64,000 nucleotides of DNA from Christensenellales bacterium. Lineage in GTDB: Bacteria > Bacillota > Clostridia > Christensenellales > UBA1242. Positions 18,976 to 28,711 of the stretch are shown here, one piece after another. Position 1 is the stretch's first letter; every line of letters starts with the position of its first letter. The translations under genes and the position numbers were made by a program. Below the pieces are notes generated by a model. The model ran no database searches and was not told the origin of the DNA. It was given only the letters and a program-made list of their open reading frames with translations. The DNA is taken from NCBI GenBank assembly GCA_051883495.1, contig JBJETV010000023.1, positions 30,285 through 94,284 on the forward strand. The letters run 5' to 3'.

Positions 18976-19509
18976 GCAAAGAGTTATTCAGTATCAAAGG
19001 GTGCCAATATAGCAGGGGTTACCGTAACAGTAAATTCTTCAGGAACATTTGACAGTGCTTTATCCATTTCTACCAGTGGCAGTGCCTCTGGCTATGACTA
19101 TACATTTACGGATATAAAAGTGTATTCTGGCACTAGCACCAGTGGAACACTACTTGCAACATACACTTCAACTTCTGCAACTTTTACTATGACAGGAACA
19201 TATTATGACAACATTTATGTTTATGCAAGTTGGTCAAGGACTGCAAAGACTTATACAGTAACGAAAGGCTCAAACCTTACAGGCACAAGTGTATCAGTAA
19301 ACTCCACAGGAACATTTGATAGCAATTTGTCTATTTCTTCCAGTGGAAGTGCAACAGGTTATAACTATTCAATTACAAATATAAAGGTTTTTTCAGGCAG
19401 TAATACCAGCGGAACCCTACTTGCCACCTATACATCTACTAGTGGCACTTTTAAGATGACCGGCACTTATTATAGCAGCATCTATGTATATGCCACATGG
19501 ACACGTTCT
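18976..19509 (+). repeat. in-frame tandem duplication, 2 x 267 nt (89-aa modules)
   Basis: AKSYSVSKGANIAGVTVTVNSSGTFDSALSIS...YVYASWSRT versus AKTYTVTKGSNLTGTSVSVNSTGTFDSNLSIS...YVYATWTRS. Confidence 0.9.
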
Positions 19510-20195
19510 GCAAAAACCTATACAATAACCCTAGACAGACAGAGTGGTTCAGGAGGCTCTTCTTCAGCAACCGCAACATACAATGCCACACTACCTAGCA
19601 TATCTATTCCTTCAAGAGCAGGTTACACTTTTGGTGGATATTATACTGGCACAGGAGGTTCAGGCACGCAGTATTACAATTCATCAGGCGCAGGGACAAG
19701 GTCTTGGACCACAGACGGTGGCGCAACATTATATGCCAACTGGTCGGCAATTCCAACAACAATTTCCGCAAGTTCGACTTCGGTGAGGTATTATCCGTAC
19801 TTGTTGAGTGTTGGGAGTATTGATGATGATGCTGATTGGGAAGATGATAGTGGATCCACAACGATCATTGCAGGTGGTGGTGGAGGGAAATGGGTATATA
19901 GTGTGGTTAGTACTAGTAGATCTACAACAAAATCAAATGCCAAATTTGACATCTCTCGCGGGGATCCTTCTAGAAGTAATTGCTATTCTCTATCAACCAC
20001 CTCAGCCACTACAGGTTCTGTAACTTTGACATGTAGCTGTATCCCCGCATATACGATTGTTGGAAGTGATGAAAATAGACATAGAGTATATTGGGATGCA
20101 ACATACACCTATGTAATTCGAGCCACAAGTGTGTATAACAACTCCTATGCAGATATAACAATAAGTTTTGTCGTTACTTATTACACACAAGATTA

Positions 20196-20378
20196 AGTGC
20201 AGGGTGTATTTGTAAATATGGAGATGGACCTAATGACAGACCATCTAATGTAGCAGTTGTATATACTTATGTAGTTCAAGCAGAAAGTGTTTACAATGGG
20301 ACAAAAGCAACTATAACCGTTAAATTCGCCTCTTCATATTGGGATGACAGCACTTGGATAATAGAAGATGATGAGTAG
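20196..20378 (+). pseudogene. out-of-frame second copy of the C-terminal module of the surface protein
   Basis: Frame 0 reads SAGCICKYGDGPNDRPSNVAVVYTYVVQAESVYNGTKATITVKFASSYWDDSTWIIEDDE*. This is homologous to the in-frame end TCSCIPAYTIVGSDENRHRVYWDATYTYVIRATSVYNNSYADITISFVVTYYTQD*. It has no start codon of its own and lies upstream of the terminator. Confidence 0.7.
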
Positions 20379-20426
20379 GGGTTTAACTAATTAGTCGTCT
20401 CAAATAGACAGAATAGGAAATAAATG

Positions 20427-20462
20427 GCAACATAATGGCAAATTATGTTGCTATTTTATTTT
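20427..20462 (+). terminator. intrinsic terminator of the surface-protein locus
   Basis: Perfect 10-bp stem GCAACATAAT / ATTATGTTGC followed by a T-rich tail. Confidence 0.8.
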
Positions 20463-20562
20463 GAATAAATATTACTTTGTATTTTATTTCAAAAATGTTT
20501 AGACTTATTTTGCAAAGTGTGCTAAAATTGGTATGAATATTTTTTTATAAGGGAATAATTTT

Positions 20563-21165
20563 ATGAGTGCATTAGACTTGGAGAAAAACAAACAAAGGTT
20601 TTTGGAACTTTTTAGGACAAATGTAAAAAGAGATGGAATGGAAGATTTTTTGGATTGGCTAGAGAAGTCGGACTTCTTTGTAGCCCCTGCCAGCACAAAG
20701 TTTCATTCCAATGTGCAAGGCGGTTTGTGCTTTCACACTTTGAATGTTTTTGACCGTTTTGTAAAAAATCTTGAGATGCAATATGGCAAAGATTGGCAGA
20801 GTGTGTTTTCTTTAGAGTCTGCCACGATAGTTTCTCTTTTGCATGACATCTGCAAGGTGGATTGCTACAAAATGGAGATGCGAAACGTTAAGGTTGATGG
20901 CGAATGGGTAAAGCAACCTTATTATTGTTGCGATGAAGCGTTGCCTTATGGCCATGGAGAGAAGTCTGTGTATATAGTGTCCAGCTTTTTCAAACTAACT
21001 AGAGAAGAGGCAATGGCTATCAACTGGCACATGGGGGGATTTGACCAAAGAGTGATGGGTGGAAGTTATGCCTTAAGCAATGCTTATTATCAATATCCTG
21101 TGGCAGTGTTGTTGCATGTAAGCGACGTGGAGGCTACTTACCTTGACGAAACATGTCAAAAGTAA
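20563..21165 (+). CDS. HD-domain phosphohydrolase family protein
   Basis: 200 aa. H...HD motif (LLHDICK) and a later YGHGEKS, typical of small HD-superfamily hydrolases. Confidence 0.6.
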   Translation: MSALDLEKNKQRFLELFRTNVKRDGMEDFLDWLEKSDFFVAPASTKFHSNVQGGLCFHTLNVFDRFVKNLEMQYGKDWQSVFSLESATIVSLLHDICKVDCYKMEMRNVKVDGEWVKQPYYCCDEALPYGHGEKSVYIVSSFFKLTREEAMAINWHMGGFDQRVMGGSYALSNAYYQYPVAVLLHVSDVEATYLDETCQK

Positions 21166-21247
21166 TTTTTGGCAGAATGGGAAGTTGAATATAAATAGGC
21201 GATATATTTAGCCAAAAATCATCAAATAGTATAAAAGTGAGATAATT

Positions 21248-23806
21248 ATGGGAAAAGACAAACTTGTTATTATTGACGGAAATAGTCTTATCAACAGAGC
21301 ATTTTATGCTTTGCCTCTTTTGACCAACAGCAAGGGAGTATTTTCTAATGGGGTTTATGGATTTACTAACATTTTGATAAAGGCGATTTTGGAGATAAAG
21401 CCAAAATATATTGTAGTGGCACTAGATTATGGCAAAAAGACCTTTCGCAACAGCATGTATGGGGCTTACAAAGCCAACAGAAAGCCTACACCAAAGGAGT
21501 TGGCAAGTCAGTTCCCAATATTAAGGCAACTGCTAAAAGCCATGGGTATAAGTGCTATGGAGATAGAAGGCTTTGAGGGGGATGATATCATAGGCTCAAT
21601 AAGCAAAATGTTTGATACAGAAAACATTATTGTTACCGGAGATCGTGATGCCTTGCAACTGATATCTCCAAACACTCAAGTTTGGATAACCAAAAAGGGC
21701 ATAACAGAAGTAAAGGAAATGGACGAGCAGGCATATTATGAAGAATATGGGCTTTATCCAAACCAAGTGGTTGACCTAAAAGGCTTGATGGGAGATAGTT
21801 CGGACAATATCCCAGGAGTCGCTGGCGTGGGCGAGATAACAGCCACCAATCTGCTTAAGGAGTTTGGCTCGCTGGACAACATATATGCAAATCTAGACAA
21901 GGTGAAGGAAAAGTATCGAGTAAAACTGGAAGCAGATAAAGAAAAGGCATATCTCAGCCGAGAACTTGCCACAATAAAAACAGATCTCAACCTAAAACTA
22001 AACCTAGAAGATTTGACATACAAATTTCCATTTTCGCAAGAAGTGTATGAATTTTTTAAGGAGTATGAGTTCAATAGTCTACTCAAAAAAGCCGACCTCT
22101 TTGAAAATATCCCACAAGACAATGCTTTTGAAAAATACAACGCAAATAGGATAGAGATAACATCTCCCGCAGACGTAACCCGCCAAATACCTCATATCAA
22201 ACGTTCGGGAGAACTATGCTTTGAGATAACGGGCGACAGATTTTCCTTTGCATATGATAAAAATTGTGAGTTTTGGTGCAATATTTCGCATGACCTTTTG
22301 GGTGGAACGAATATTGGGGAAATATTAGAGGTGCTAAAACCTATATTTGAAGATGAAAAAATCAAAAAAATAACCTACGACAAAAAACAAATGATGCATA
22401 CCCTTGACCAGTATAATATTACATTGCAAAGTTGTGATTTTGACGCATTACTAGCATATTACCTTTTGTGTGTTGGTGAAAGGGATTGCAACAAAAATAG
22501 CTTATTCTCCAAATATTCGCTGGAGGAATCCTATCAAGCGGTTAATTTGTTCTATTGCCATGAAAAATTGCTAAATGACCTCTCTTCACAAAATCTAAAA
22601 AAATTGTATGACGAAGTGGAATTTCCACTGATAACAGTGCTTTATAATATGGAGAAAACTGGGTTTAAGATTGACAAGCAGATTTTGGCAGAACTTGAAA
22701 ACAGATATTCTCACGAAGTGGAAGATATGGAGAAGACAATTAAGCAACTGGCAGGAGTGGACTTCAACGTCAATTCTCCAAAGCAACTGGGCGAGGTGTT
22801 GTTTGACAAATTGGGGCTTATGACTGTAAATAACAAGAAAAAATCTACAAGCATAGAGCATTTGCAAGAAATTTATGAACTTCATCCAATAGTGCCTGCA
22901 ATCATTCGCTATAGAAAGATAAGCAAGTTGCTTACAACTTATCTCGAGCCATACAAAACATTGACTGCAAAAGACGAACTGGTGCATACGGTGTTCAATC
23001 AAACCCTCACTGCTACTGGAAGATTGAGTTCTAGCGAGCCAAACCTTCAAAATATCCCTGTGAGAGAAGACGAAGGCAAATCTTTGAGAAAAATGTTTGT
23101 TTCTAGATATGAAGACGGGTTGCTCGTTGGGGCGGACTATTCGCAAATAGAACTTCGCATATTGGCGCATTGTTCTGGCGATGAAACATTGATATCTGCC
23201 TTTAACAATAATATAGACATTCATTCGCTTACTGCAAGTGAAGTGTTTGGAGTGCCTATTCAAGAGGTAACATCTCAAATGAGGAGAATGGCAAAGGCAG
23301 TTAATTTTGGAATAATCTATGGAATATCCGAATTTGGATTGTCGCAAAATATCAGCACTTCTGTAAAGCAAGCCAAGACATATATCGACCAGTATTTTGC
23401 TCGCTACCCAAAGATAAAGGCATATATGGATGGAAATATAGAAACTGCCAAACAAACAGGATATGCCTACTCTTTGCTGGGCAGACGAAGAAAGATAAAT
23501 GAATTGCAATCTCGCAACTATCTCAACAGAAACTTCGGTGAGAGAGTTGCAATGAATATGCCACTGCAAGGGACTGCCAGTGATATTATCAAACTTGCAA
23601 TGATAAAGGTTGACAGAACCCTAGAGCAAAAAGGGATGAAGAGCAAACTCATCCTGCAGGTGCATGACGAACTGATAGTTGATGCACCAAGAGAAGAAGC
23701 AGTGGAAGTGGCAAAGATTTTGAGAGATAGCATGGAGAATGTCTTAAAGTTGAAAGTTCCTCTTTCTGTTGATGTGTCTACAGGCAAGACGTGGTTTGAA
23801 TGTTAG
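21248..23806 (+). CDS. polA: DNA polymerase I
   Basis: 852 aa with a 5'-nuclease N-terminus (VIIDGNSLINRAFYA, GVAGVGEITA) and polymerase motifs (DYSQIELR, RRMAKAVNFGIIYG, QVHDELI). Confidence 0.95.
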   Translation: MGKDKLVIIDGNSLINRAFYALPLLTNSKGVFSNGVYGFTNILIKAILEIKPKYIVVALDYGKKTFRNSMYGAYKANRKPTPKELASQFPILRQLLKAMGISAMEIEGFEGDDIIGSISKMFDTENIIVTGDRDALQLISPNTQVWITKKGITEVKEMDEQAYYEEYGLYPNQVVDLKGLMGDSSDNIPGVAGVGEITATNLLKEFGSLDNIYANLDKVKEKYRVKLEADKEKAYLSRELATIKTDLNLKLNLEDLTYKFPFSQEVYEFFKEYEFNSLLKKADLFENIPQDNAFEKYNANRIEITSPADVTRQIPHIKRSGELCFEITGDRFSFAYDKNCEFWCNISHDLLGGTNIGEILEVLKPIFEDEKIKKITYDKKQMMHTLDQYNITLQSCDFDALLAYYLLCVGERDCNKNSLFSKYSLEESYQAVNLFYCHEKLLNDLSSQNLKKLYDEVEFPLITVLYNMEKTGFKIDKQILAELENRYSHEVEDMEKTIKQLAGVDFNVNSPKQLGEVLFDKLGLMTVNNKKKSTSIEHLQEIYELHPIVPAIIRYRKISKLLTTYLEPYKTLTAKDELVHTVFNQTLTATGRLSSSEPNLQNIPVREDEGKSLRKMFVSRYEDGLLVGADYSQIELRILAHCSGDETLISAFNNNIDIHSLTASEVFGVPIQEVTSQMRRMAKAVNFGIIYGISEFGLSQNISTSVKQAKTYIDQYFARYPKIKAYMDGNIETAKQTGYAYSLLGRRRKINELQSRNYLNRNFGERVAMNMPLQGTASDIIKLAMIKVDRTLEQKGMKSKLILQVHDELIVDAPREEAVEVAKILRDSMENVLKLKVPLSVDVSTGKTWFEC

Positions 23807-23818
23807 TTTTTAATGTTT

Positions 23819-23862
23819 TTTGTAGTATAAATTCTATCTCTTTGTAGTATAAATTCTATTTC
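23819..23862. repeat. 22-nt tandem duplication just after the polA stop
   Basis: TTGTAGTATAAATTCTATCTCT / TTGTAGTATAAATTCTATTTCA. Confidence 0.9.
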
Positions 23863-23901
23863 AAAGATTATATTTTAATAATTTAGCCATAAAATAAGAA
23901 T

Positions 23902-24438
23902 ATGAAAAGTAAAAAGACTTTCATATTCTTTTTTGTTGCAACTTTGATTGTTTCAGGGATTGCGGTGTTTTTTGCTGTGCGATATCCTTTGCTTTATAAA
24001 GAAGAAATTTTAATTTATAGCAAAAATTATCATCTAGACCCTGCTCTTGTCGCAAGCCTAATAAATGAGGAGAGTTCTTTTGACAAAAATGCTATTTCCA
24101 GCAAAGGGGCAGTGGGGCTGATGCAACTTATGCCCCAAACGGCGACTTACACCCAACAATTGATGGGAGAAGATGCTGAGATTGATTTGTATGAACCAAG
24201 TGATAATATACGCATAGGTTGCTATTACTTAAATTATCTTTATCAAAAATTTAATGACCAAACCTTGACTCTTTGTGCGTATAATGCTGGAGAAAATACA
24301 GTGAGAATGTGGCTTGGTAATGAAAATTATTCTCAAGATGGCAAAACACTAAACTTTATCCCATACCCACAAACAAAAAACTATGTAGATAAAATTTTGT
24401 ATGGTGTTAGGTTCTATAGGTATAGGCTTAAGGGCTAA
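23902..24438 (+). CDS. lytic transglycosylase (SLT domain), membrane anchored
   Basis: N-terminal TM segment. SLT catalytic region LINEESSFDKNAISSKGAVGLMQLMPQTA...AYNAG. Confidence 0.85.
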   Translation: MKSKKTFIFFFVATLIVSGIAVFFAVRYPLLYKEEILIYSKNYHLDPALVASLINEESSFDKNAISSKGAVGLMQLMPQTATYTQQLMGEDAEIDLYEPSDNIRIGCYYLNYLYQKFNDQTLTLCAYNAGENTVRMWLGNENYSQDGKTLNFIPYPQTKNYVDKILYGVRFYRYRLKG

Positions 24439-24524
24439 TGTTTTGCAGTTAAAGGATGAAAAATAAAAGTTTTGTATAACATATATAATAATTTATACAA
24501 TACATCCAACAAATTGTATATTGT

Positions 24525-25127
24525 ATGGATATTTTTTGGCAACTCACAAATAATAGTGGTATGAAATGGCTATTGATAACTGTAATGATTATTATTTTTT
24601 TGCTATTTATCCCCATAAGGATAAAGGTAAAAATACATTATGATTTTTTGCAAAGTCATGGCTTTGCCTCGGGCTATTTCTTCAACATAAGATTATTTTT
24701 GTTTGGGCTAAGGCTTATGCCCAACAAGATACAACTGGAGGGTAAAAAGAAAAATTACGTTTTTCCCATAATTGATTTTGGCAACAAAAAGACATTTGGC
24801 GAAGATTATTTTGGCTTTCTCATAAAATTATTGAGGCTGACACATATAAGGGCATTATCTCGTATAGGGATTGAGGACAACTGTATGCTCTCATGCCTAA
24901 CTTGTGGCATGCTAAATGTCGTTTTTGGTTCGGTGGCATGTGTTGCCCTTGGAGATAGCGAAACACCATTTGAGATAAACAATTTTCCCAACTTTTTATA
25001 TAAAAGTGCTTTGTATGGGATTTCGTCAAGTGTTGATATTACTATTTTCAAAATGCTACTAGCATTGATACAAACTTTTTCAAAAAAAATCAGGAGTGTA
25101 AAAAATGGAAACAAACAAACCTATTGA
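24525..25127 (+). CDS. YtfI-like (DUF2953) sporulation-associated membrane protein
   Basis: 200 aa with an N-terminal TM. Overlaps and precedes ytfJ as in the B. subtilis ytfI-ytfJ pair. Start may be ATG 24561. Confidence 0.5.
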   Translation: MDIFWQLTNNSGMKWLLITVMIIIFLLFIPIRIKVKIHYDFLQSHGFASGYFFNIRLFLFGLRLMPNKIQLEGKKKNYVFPIIDFGNKKTFGEDYFGFLIKLLRLTHIRALSRIGIEDNCMLSCLTCGMLNVVFGSVACVALGDSETPFEINNFPNFLYKSALYGISSSVDITIFKMLLALIQTFSKKIRSVKNGNKQTY

Positions 25128-25455
25128 AAATGTGCTTGAAAACACGCTAAAAAATATGAAATCTATGGTGGATATAGATTGCATAGTGGGCAAGCCTATC
25201 TCTCAAGACGGCTACTGCATAATACCCATATCAAAGGTTGCGGTGGGATTTATCTCTGGTGGGGGAGAATACAATACTCCAAAGAAAAAGGTTACTTATC
25301 CTTTTGCCGGCGGAAGTGGTGGCGGATGCAATATAGTGCCAATAGGTTTTTTGGTTATATCTAGCGCTAGTGTACAATTTATAAAAGTTGAAGCAGAAAG
25401 TAATGTTGACAAGATTGTAGATATCATAAAAGATGTCGTTTCAAAGGTAAAATAG
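25105..25455 (+). CDS. ytfJ: sporulation protein YtfJ (GerW family)
   Basis: 116 aa. Motifs GKPISQDGYCIIPISKVAVGFISGGGEY...FAGGSGGG...PIGFLVI are characteristic of YtfJ/GerW. Confidence 0.8.
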   Translation: METNKPIENVLENTLKNMKSMVDIDCIVGKPISQDGYCIIPISKVAVGFISGGGEYNTPKKKVTYPFAGGSGGGCNIVPIGFLVISSASVQFIKVEAESNVDKIVDIIKDVVSKVK

Positions 25456-25467
25456 TGGGAGCTTTGT

Positions 25468-26628
25468 ATGAAAATAAATATTAAAAAGATTTGCATAATA
25501 ACGTTAATATTATTCTCCGTTGCGATGTTTATTGCGACAAATTTTATCTCGCAAACGGCTGTTGTTTGTGCTAATCCAACCACTGTATCTTCCTCGGCAA
25601 AATCTATGATTGTAATAGAAACCTCTCAAGGCAAAGTGCTTTATGCAAAAAATGAAAACGAAAAATTACCAATGGCAAGCACAACAAAAATAGTTACAGC
25701 CCTTACAGTGATAGAAAATGTTGATGATATAGACAAACTGGTTACTGTGCCCAAAAAAGCAACCTTGGTGGAGGGTAGTTCAATTTATTTAAGAGAAAAT
25801 GAGCAATTAACCATAAAACAACTCTTATATGGTCTTATGTTACAGTCTGGCAATGATGCTGCCTTAACTTTGGCTCTGGAAGTGGGTAAAGGCAGTGTGG
25901 AAGCATTTGCAGATATGATGAATGAAACGGCACTAAAATACGGTTGCAAAGATAGCCATTTTGTAACTCCACATGGACTGGATGATAAGGAACACTTTAC
26001 TACTGCAAGTGATTTGGCAAAAATAACGGCAGTCGCACTAAAAAATTCTATTTTTAGAGAGATTGTTTCTTGTCAAAAGTTTATTATTCGTGCCACCGAG
26101 CACAATACTGCAAGGACACTGATTAACAAAAATAAATTGCTAAAGAGCCTTGATGGGTGCATTGGGGTAAAGACTGGCTATACCAAAAAATCTGGTAGGT
26201 GTTTGGTTTCTGCTTGCAACAGAGATGGAATGGAAGTGGTTTGCGTTGTTTTGAGTTGTGGTCCAATGTTTGAAGAAAGTATGGAACTTATAAATAAAGC
26301 ATATGAAGAATATAGACATTATGATATTATTTCCAAATACAAGGTGGTGGATAATATAACAGTGGATAATGGCGAAAACGCAACTACTAGGATATTCCAC
26401 AAAAATGGTTTTTCGGTAGTGTGCAAAAAGGGAGATGAAGGCAGATATACTGTGAAGTATGACTATCCAACAACCTGCAAAGCACCTATAGAAAAAGGTC
26501 AAAAAGTTGGAGAAGTTAAAATTTATTTTGATAATGACTTGATTTTTGTTGACGATTTGTGTAGTATTGAAGATGTGAAGGTGATAAAGCCAGAAACAAA
26601 AATTCAAGATATACTGGAAAAATGGTAA
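25468..26628 (+). CDS. D-alanyl-D-alanine carboxypeptidase (peptidase S11, DacB/DacF-like)
   Basis: Signal/TM N-terminus, active-site SxxK (ASTTK), SGN (QSGND) and KTG (VKTGYT) motifs, and a C-terminal PBP5-type domain. Confidence 0.88.
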   Translation: MKINIKKICIITLILFSVAMFIATNFISQTAVVCANPTTVSSSAKSMIVIETSQGKVLYAKNENEKLPMASTTKIVTALTVIENVDDIDKLVTVPKKATLVEGSSIYLRENEQLTIKQLLYGLMLQSGNDAALTLALEVGKGSVEAFADMMNETALKYGCKDSHFVTPHGLDDKEHFTTASDLAKITAVALKNSIFREIVSCQKFIIRATEHNTARTLINKNKLLKSLDGCIGVKTGYTKKSGRCLVSACNRDGMEVVCVVLSCGPMFEESMELINKAYEEYRHYDIISKYKVVDNITVDNGENATTRIFHKNGFSVVCKKGDEGRYTVKYDYPTTCKAPIEKGQKVGEVKIYFDNDLIFVDDLCSIEDVKVIKPETKIQDILEKW

Positions 26629-26629
26629 A

Positions 26630-27358
26630 ATGATGAGAATAAACAAATACATTGCGCAATCTGGATTGTGCTCAAGAAGAAAAGCAGAAAAACTTATTGA
26701 AGAAGGCTTGGTGCAAGTTAATGGCAAGAAGATAGCTGAATTGTCAACTATTGTAGATGAAAAGAAAGACGTAGTGATGGTTGATGGTCAGAAGATAACT
26801 CCGGCAGATGAAAAGGTTTATTATATGCTTAACAAGCCAAAAGGATATGTAACATCGCTTTCTGACGACCGAAATAGAAAATCTGTTATGGATTTGATAT
26901 CTTCTGTGGATAGAAGGATATATCCTGTTGGGAGATTGGACTATGAAAGCGAAGGGTTATTGCTCCTAACTAATGACGGAGATATGACATACAAACTTAC
27001 ACACCCAAAGTATGAAATTCCAAAGATATATGTTGTTAAAGTTGAGGGGGAGATAAAGGAAAGTGAGTTGGCTGTTTTGCGAGCAGGGGTTGTAATAGAC
27101 GGCGAAAGATATGGCAAGTGCAAAGCAAAACTTGTTAAATACGAAAAAGGTCTTTCCAAAATTGAAATGACAATTTATGAAGGCAAAAATAGAGAAATAA
27201 GGAAAATGTTTGATGCAATAGGCAAACAAGTGCAATTTTTGAAAAGGACAAATTTTGCGGGACTGAGATTGGGCGGTCTTAAACGTGGAGAACTTCGACC
27301 ACTTAAAGATTATGAGATCGACTATCTAAAATCTCTTACAAAAAATCTTATAAAATAA
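26630..27358 (+). CDS. rluB: rRNA pseudouridine synthase (RluB/RsuA family)
   Basis: S4 domain (MRINKYIAQSGLCSRRKAEKLIEEGLVQVNG) and the catalytic GRLDYESEGLLLLTNDG motif. Confidence 0.88.
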   Translation: MMRINKYIAQSGLCSRRKAEKLIEEGLVQVNGKKIAELSTIVDEKKDVVMVDGQKITPADEKVYYMLNKPKGYVTSLSDDRNRKSVMDLISSVDRRIYPVGRLDYESEGLLLLTNDGDMTYKLTHPKYEIPKIYVVKVEGEIKESELAVLRAGVVIDGERYGKCKAKLVKYEKGLSKIEMTIYEGKNREIRKMFDAIGKQVQFLKRTNFAGLRLGGLKRGELRPLKDYEIDYLKSLTKNLIK

Positions 27359-27457
27359 TCATTTGGTCTATTTGAAATTCAATTCAAATGGACCTTTTTT
27401 ATCAGAAATTGAAATAAATGCTTTATATTGTTGCTGATATATGCTAAAATATAATAT

Positions 27458-28711
27458 ATGGATATTATCGTTATTGGTGGCGGAGCAAGCGGGCTGATGT
27501 GTGCAACAACTTGTTCGGGAAATAGTAATTGCCACGTAACTCTTTTGGAGAAGAATGAAAAATTAGGTAAAAAATTGTATATAACAGGCAAGGGTCGTTG
27601 CAATGTTACCAATCTTTGTGATGTGGAGACTTTCTTGCAAAATGTTGTAGTGGGTGGCAAGTTCTTACATTCTGCCATAAATTCTTTTCCACCACAAAGC
27701 ACTGTTGACTTTTTTGAAAAAAACGGAACACCTCTTAAGGTAGAACGAGGCAGGAGAGTTTTTCCAAACAGTGACAAAGCAAGCGACATCACAAAAACAT
27801 TTGAAAAGTTACTGAAAAAAAGAAGGGTAGATGTTGTATATAATTGTGATGTTTCTAGGGTAGAAAAACAAAATTCCAAATTTATTCTTCATACATCAAA
27901 AGGGAAGTTTGAAAGTGATTTGCTGGTTGTTGCAACTGGGGGCAAGTCTTATCCAACCACAGGCTCCAATGGAAATGGTTATGCGTTTGCAAAGATGTTT
28001 GGGCATAATATTATAGAACCAAAACCAGCCCTTGTTCCACTTTTGCTAAAAGATTATAATGGAAGTTTAGCAGGGCTAACTCTTAAAAATATAAAAGCGA
28101 CCATTATCCCAAAAGATAGAAAGAATGGAAAGGGCAAAAACCTTGAGCATTTTGGCGAGATGTTATTCACTCATCAAGGGGTATCTGGGCCAATAATTCT
28201 TACATTGTCCAGTTTTGCAAACAAAATTGACCTAACGTCAGCCATTCTTCGACTGGACCTCAAACCAATGGTGGACCAAAATGAGTTGGCTTTGCGACTA
28301 TCAGGTGATATTTCTGCCAATCCAAAAAAAGCGATAAAGAATCTACTAAAAGATTATCTCCCTCAAAATTTCATCCTTGAATTTTTGAAAAAAGTAAATA
28401 TCAGCGAAAATGTTAGAAGTTGTGATATTTCTAAAAATGATAGAATAAACATTATTCACACATTCAAAAATTTTGATTACGAAATTAAGGGTTTGGATTG
28501 CATTGATGTTGCGATAGTAACCAGCGGTGGAGTGGATACAAAGGAAGTAAACCCAAAGACAATGGAAAGTAAACTAGTCCCAGGTCTATATTTTGTAGGA
28601 GAAACCTTGGATGTAGATGCTTTGACTGGAGGATATAACATTCAAATTGCCTTGGCAACAGGCTATGTCGCCGGCAAGAGTTGTATAACTAAATTGGAGA
28701 ATATTTTATGA
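27458..28711 (+). CDS. NAD(P)/FAD-dependent oxidoreductase, HI0933/YhiN (BaiN-like) family
   Basis: N-terminal dinucleotide fold DIIVIGGGASGLMCA. 417 aa. C-terminal GGYNIQ motif typical of this family. Confidence 0.75.
   Translation: MDIIVIGGGASGLMCATTCSGNSNCHVTLLEKNEKLGKKLYITGKGRCNVTNLCDVETFLQNVVVGGKFLHSAINSFPPQSTVDFFEKNGTPLKVERGRRVFPNSDKASDITKTFEKLLKKRRVDVVYNCDVSRVEKQNSKFILHTSKGKFESDLLVVATGGKSYPTTGSNGNGYAFAKMFGHNIIEPKPALVPLLLKDYNGSLAGLTLKNIKATIIPKDRKNGKGKNLEHFGEMLFTHQGVSGPIILTLSSFANKIDLTSAILRLDLKPMVDQNELALRLSGDISANPKKAIKNLLKDYLPQNFILEFLKKVNISENVRSCDISKNDRINIIHTFKNFDYEIKGLDCIDVAIVTSGGVDTKEVNPKTMESKLVPGLYFVGETLDVDALTGGYNIQIALATGYVAGKSCITKLENIL

Larger units (their letters stand above)
18597..20196 (+). 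pseudogene. membrane-anchored surface protein with Listeria-Bacteroides (Flg_new) repeats, frame-split at a G12 tract (phase-OFF as sequenced)
   Basis: ORF 18597-18821 encodes an N-terminal TM anchor and ends ...YTVTFDPQGGGG. ORF 18784-20196 continues ...GGGVSPSTKTVKLGDNYGDLPTPTRTGYSFNNWQT. Together they form one intact YTVTFDxxGG...P.PTRxGYxFxxW repeat if the G tract were 11 nt. A second such repeat is present (YTITLDRQSGSGG...RAGYTFGGYY...LYANW). Confidence 0.8.

Noticed and set aside
22595-23569. 324-aa minus-strand ORF, with similar long antisense ORFs at 1012-1596, 26140-26727, 40502-41107, 46238-46738, 52250-52972 and 57638-57961
   Set aside because: These are shadow ORFs antisense to well-supported genes (polA, thrS, dac, Y-family polymerase, spoVAD, cysteine desulfurase, lexA). 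Their translations are low-complexity and lack motifs.
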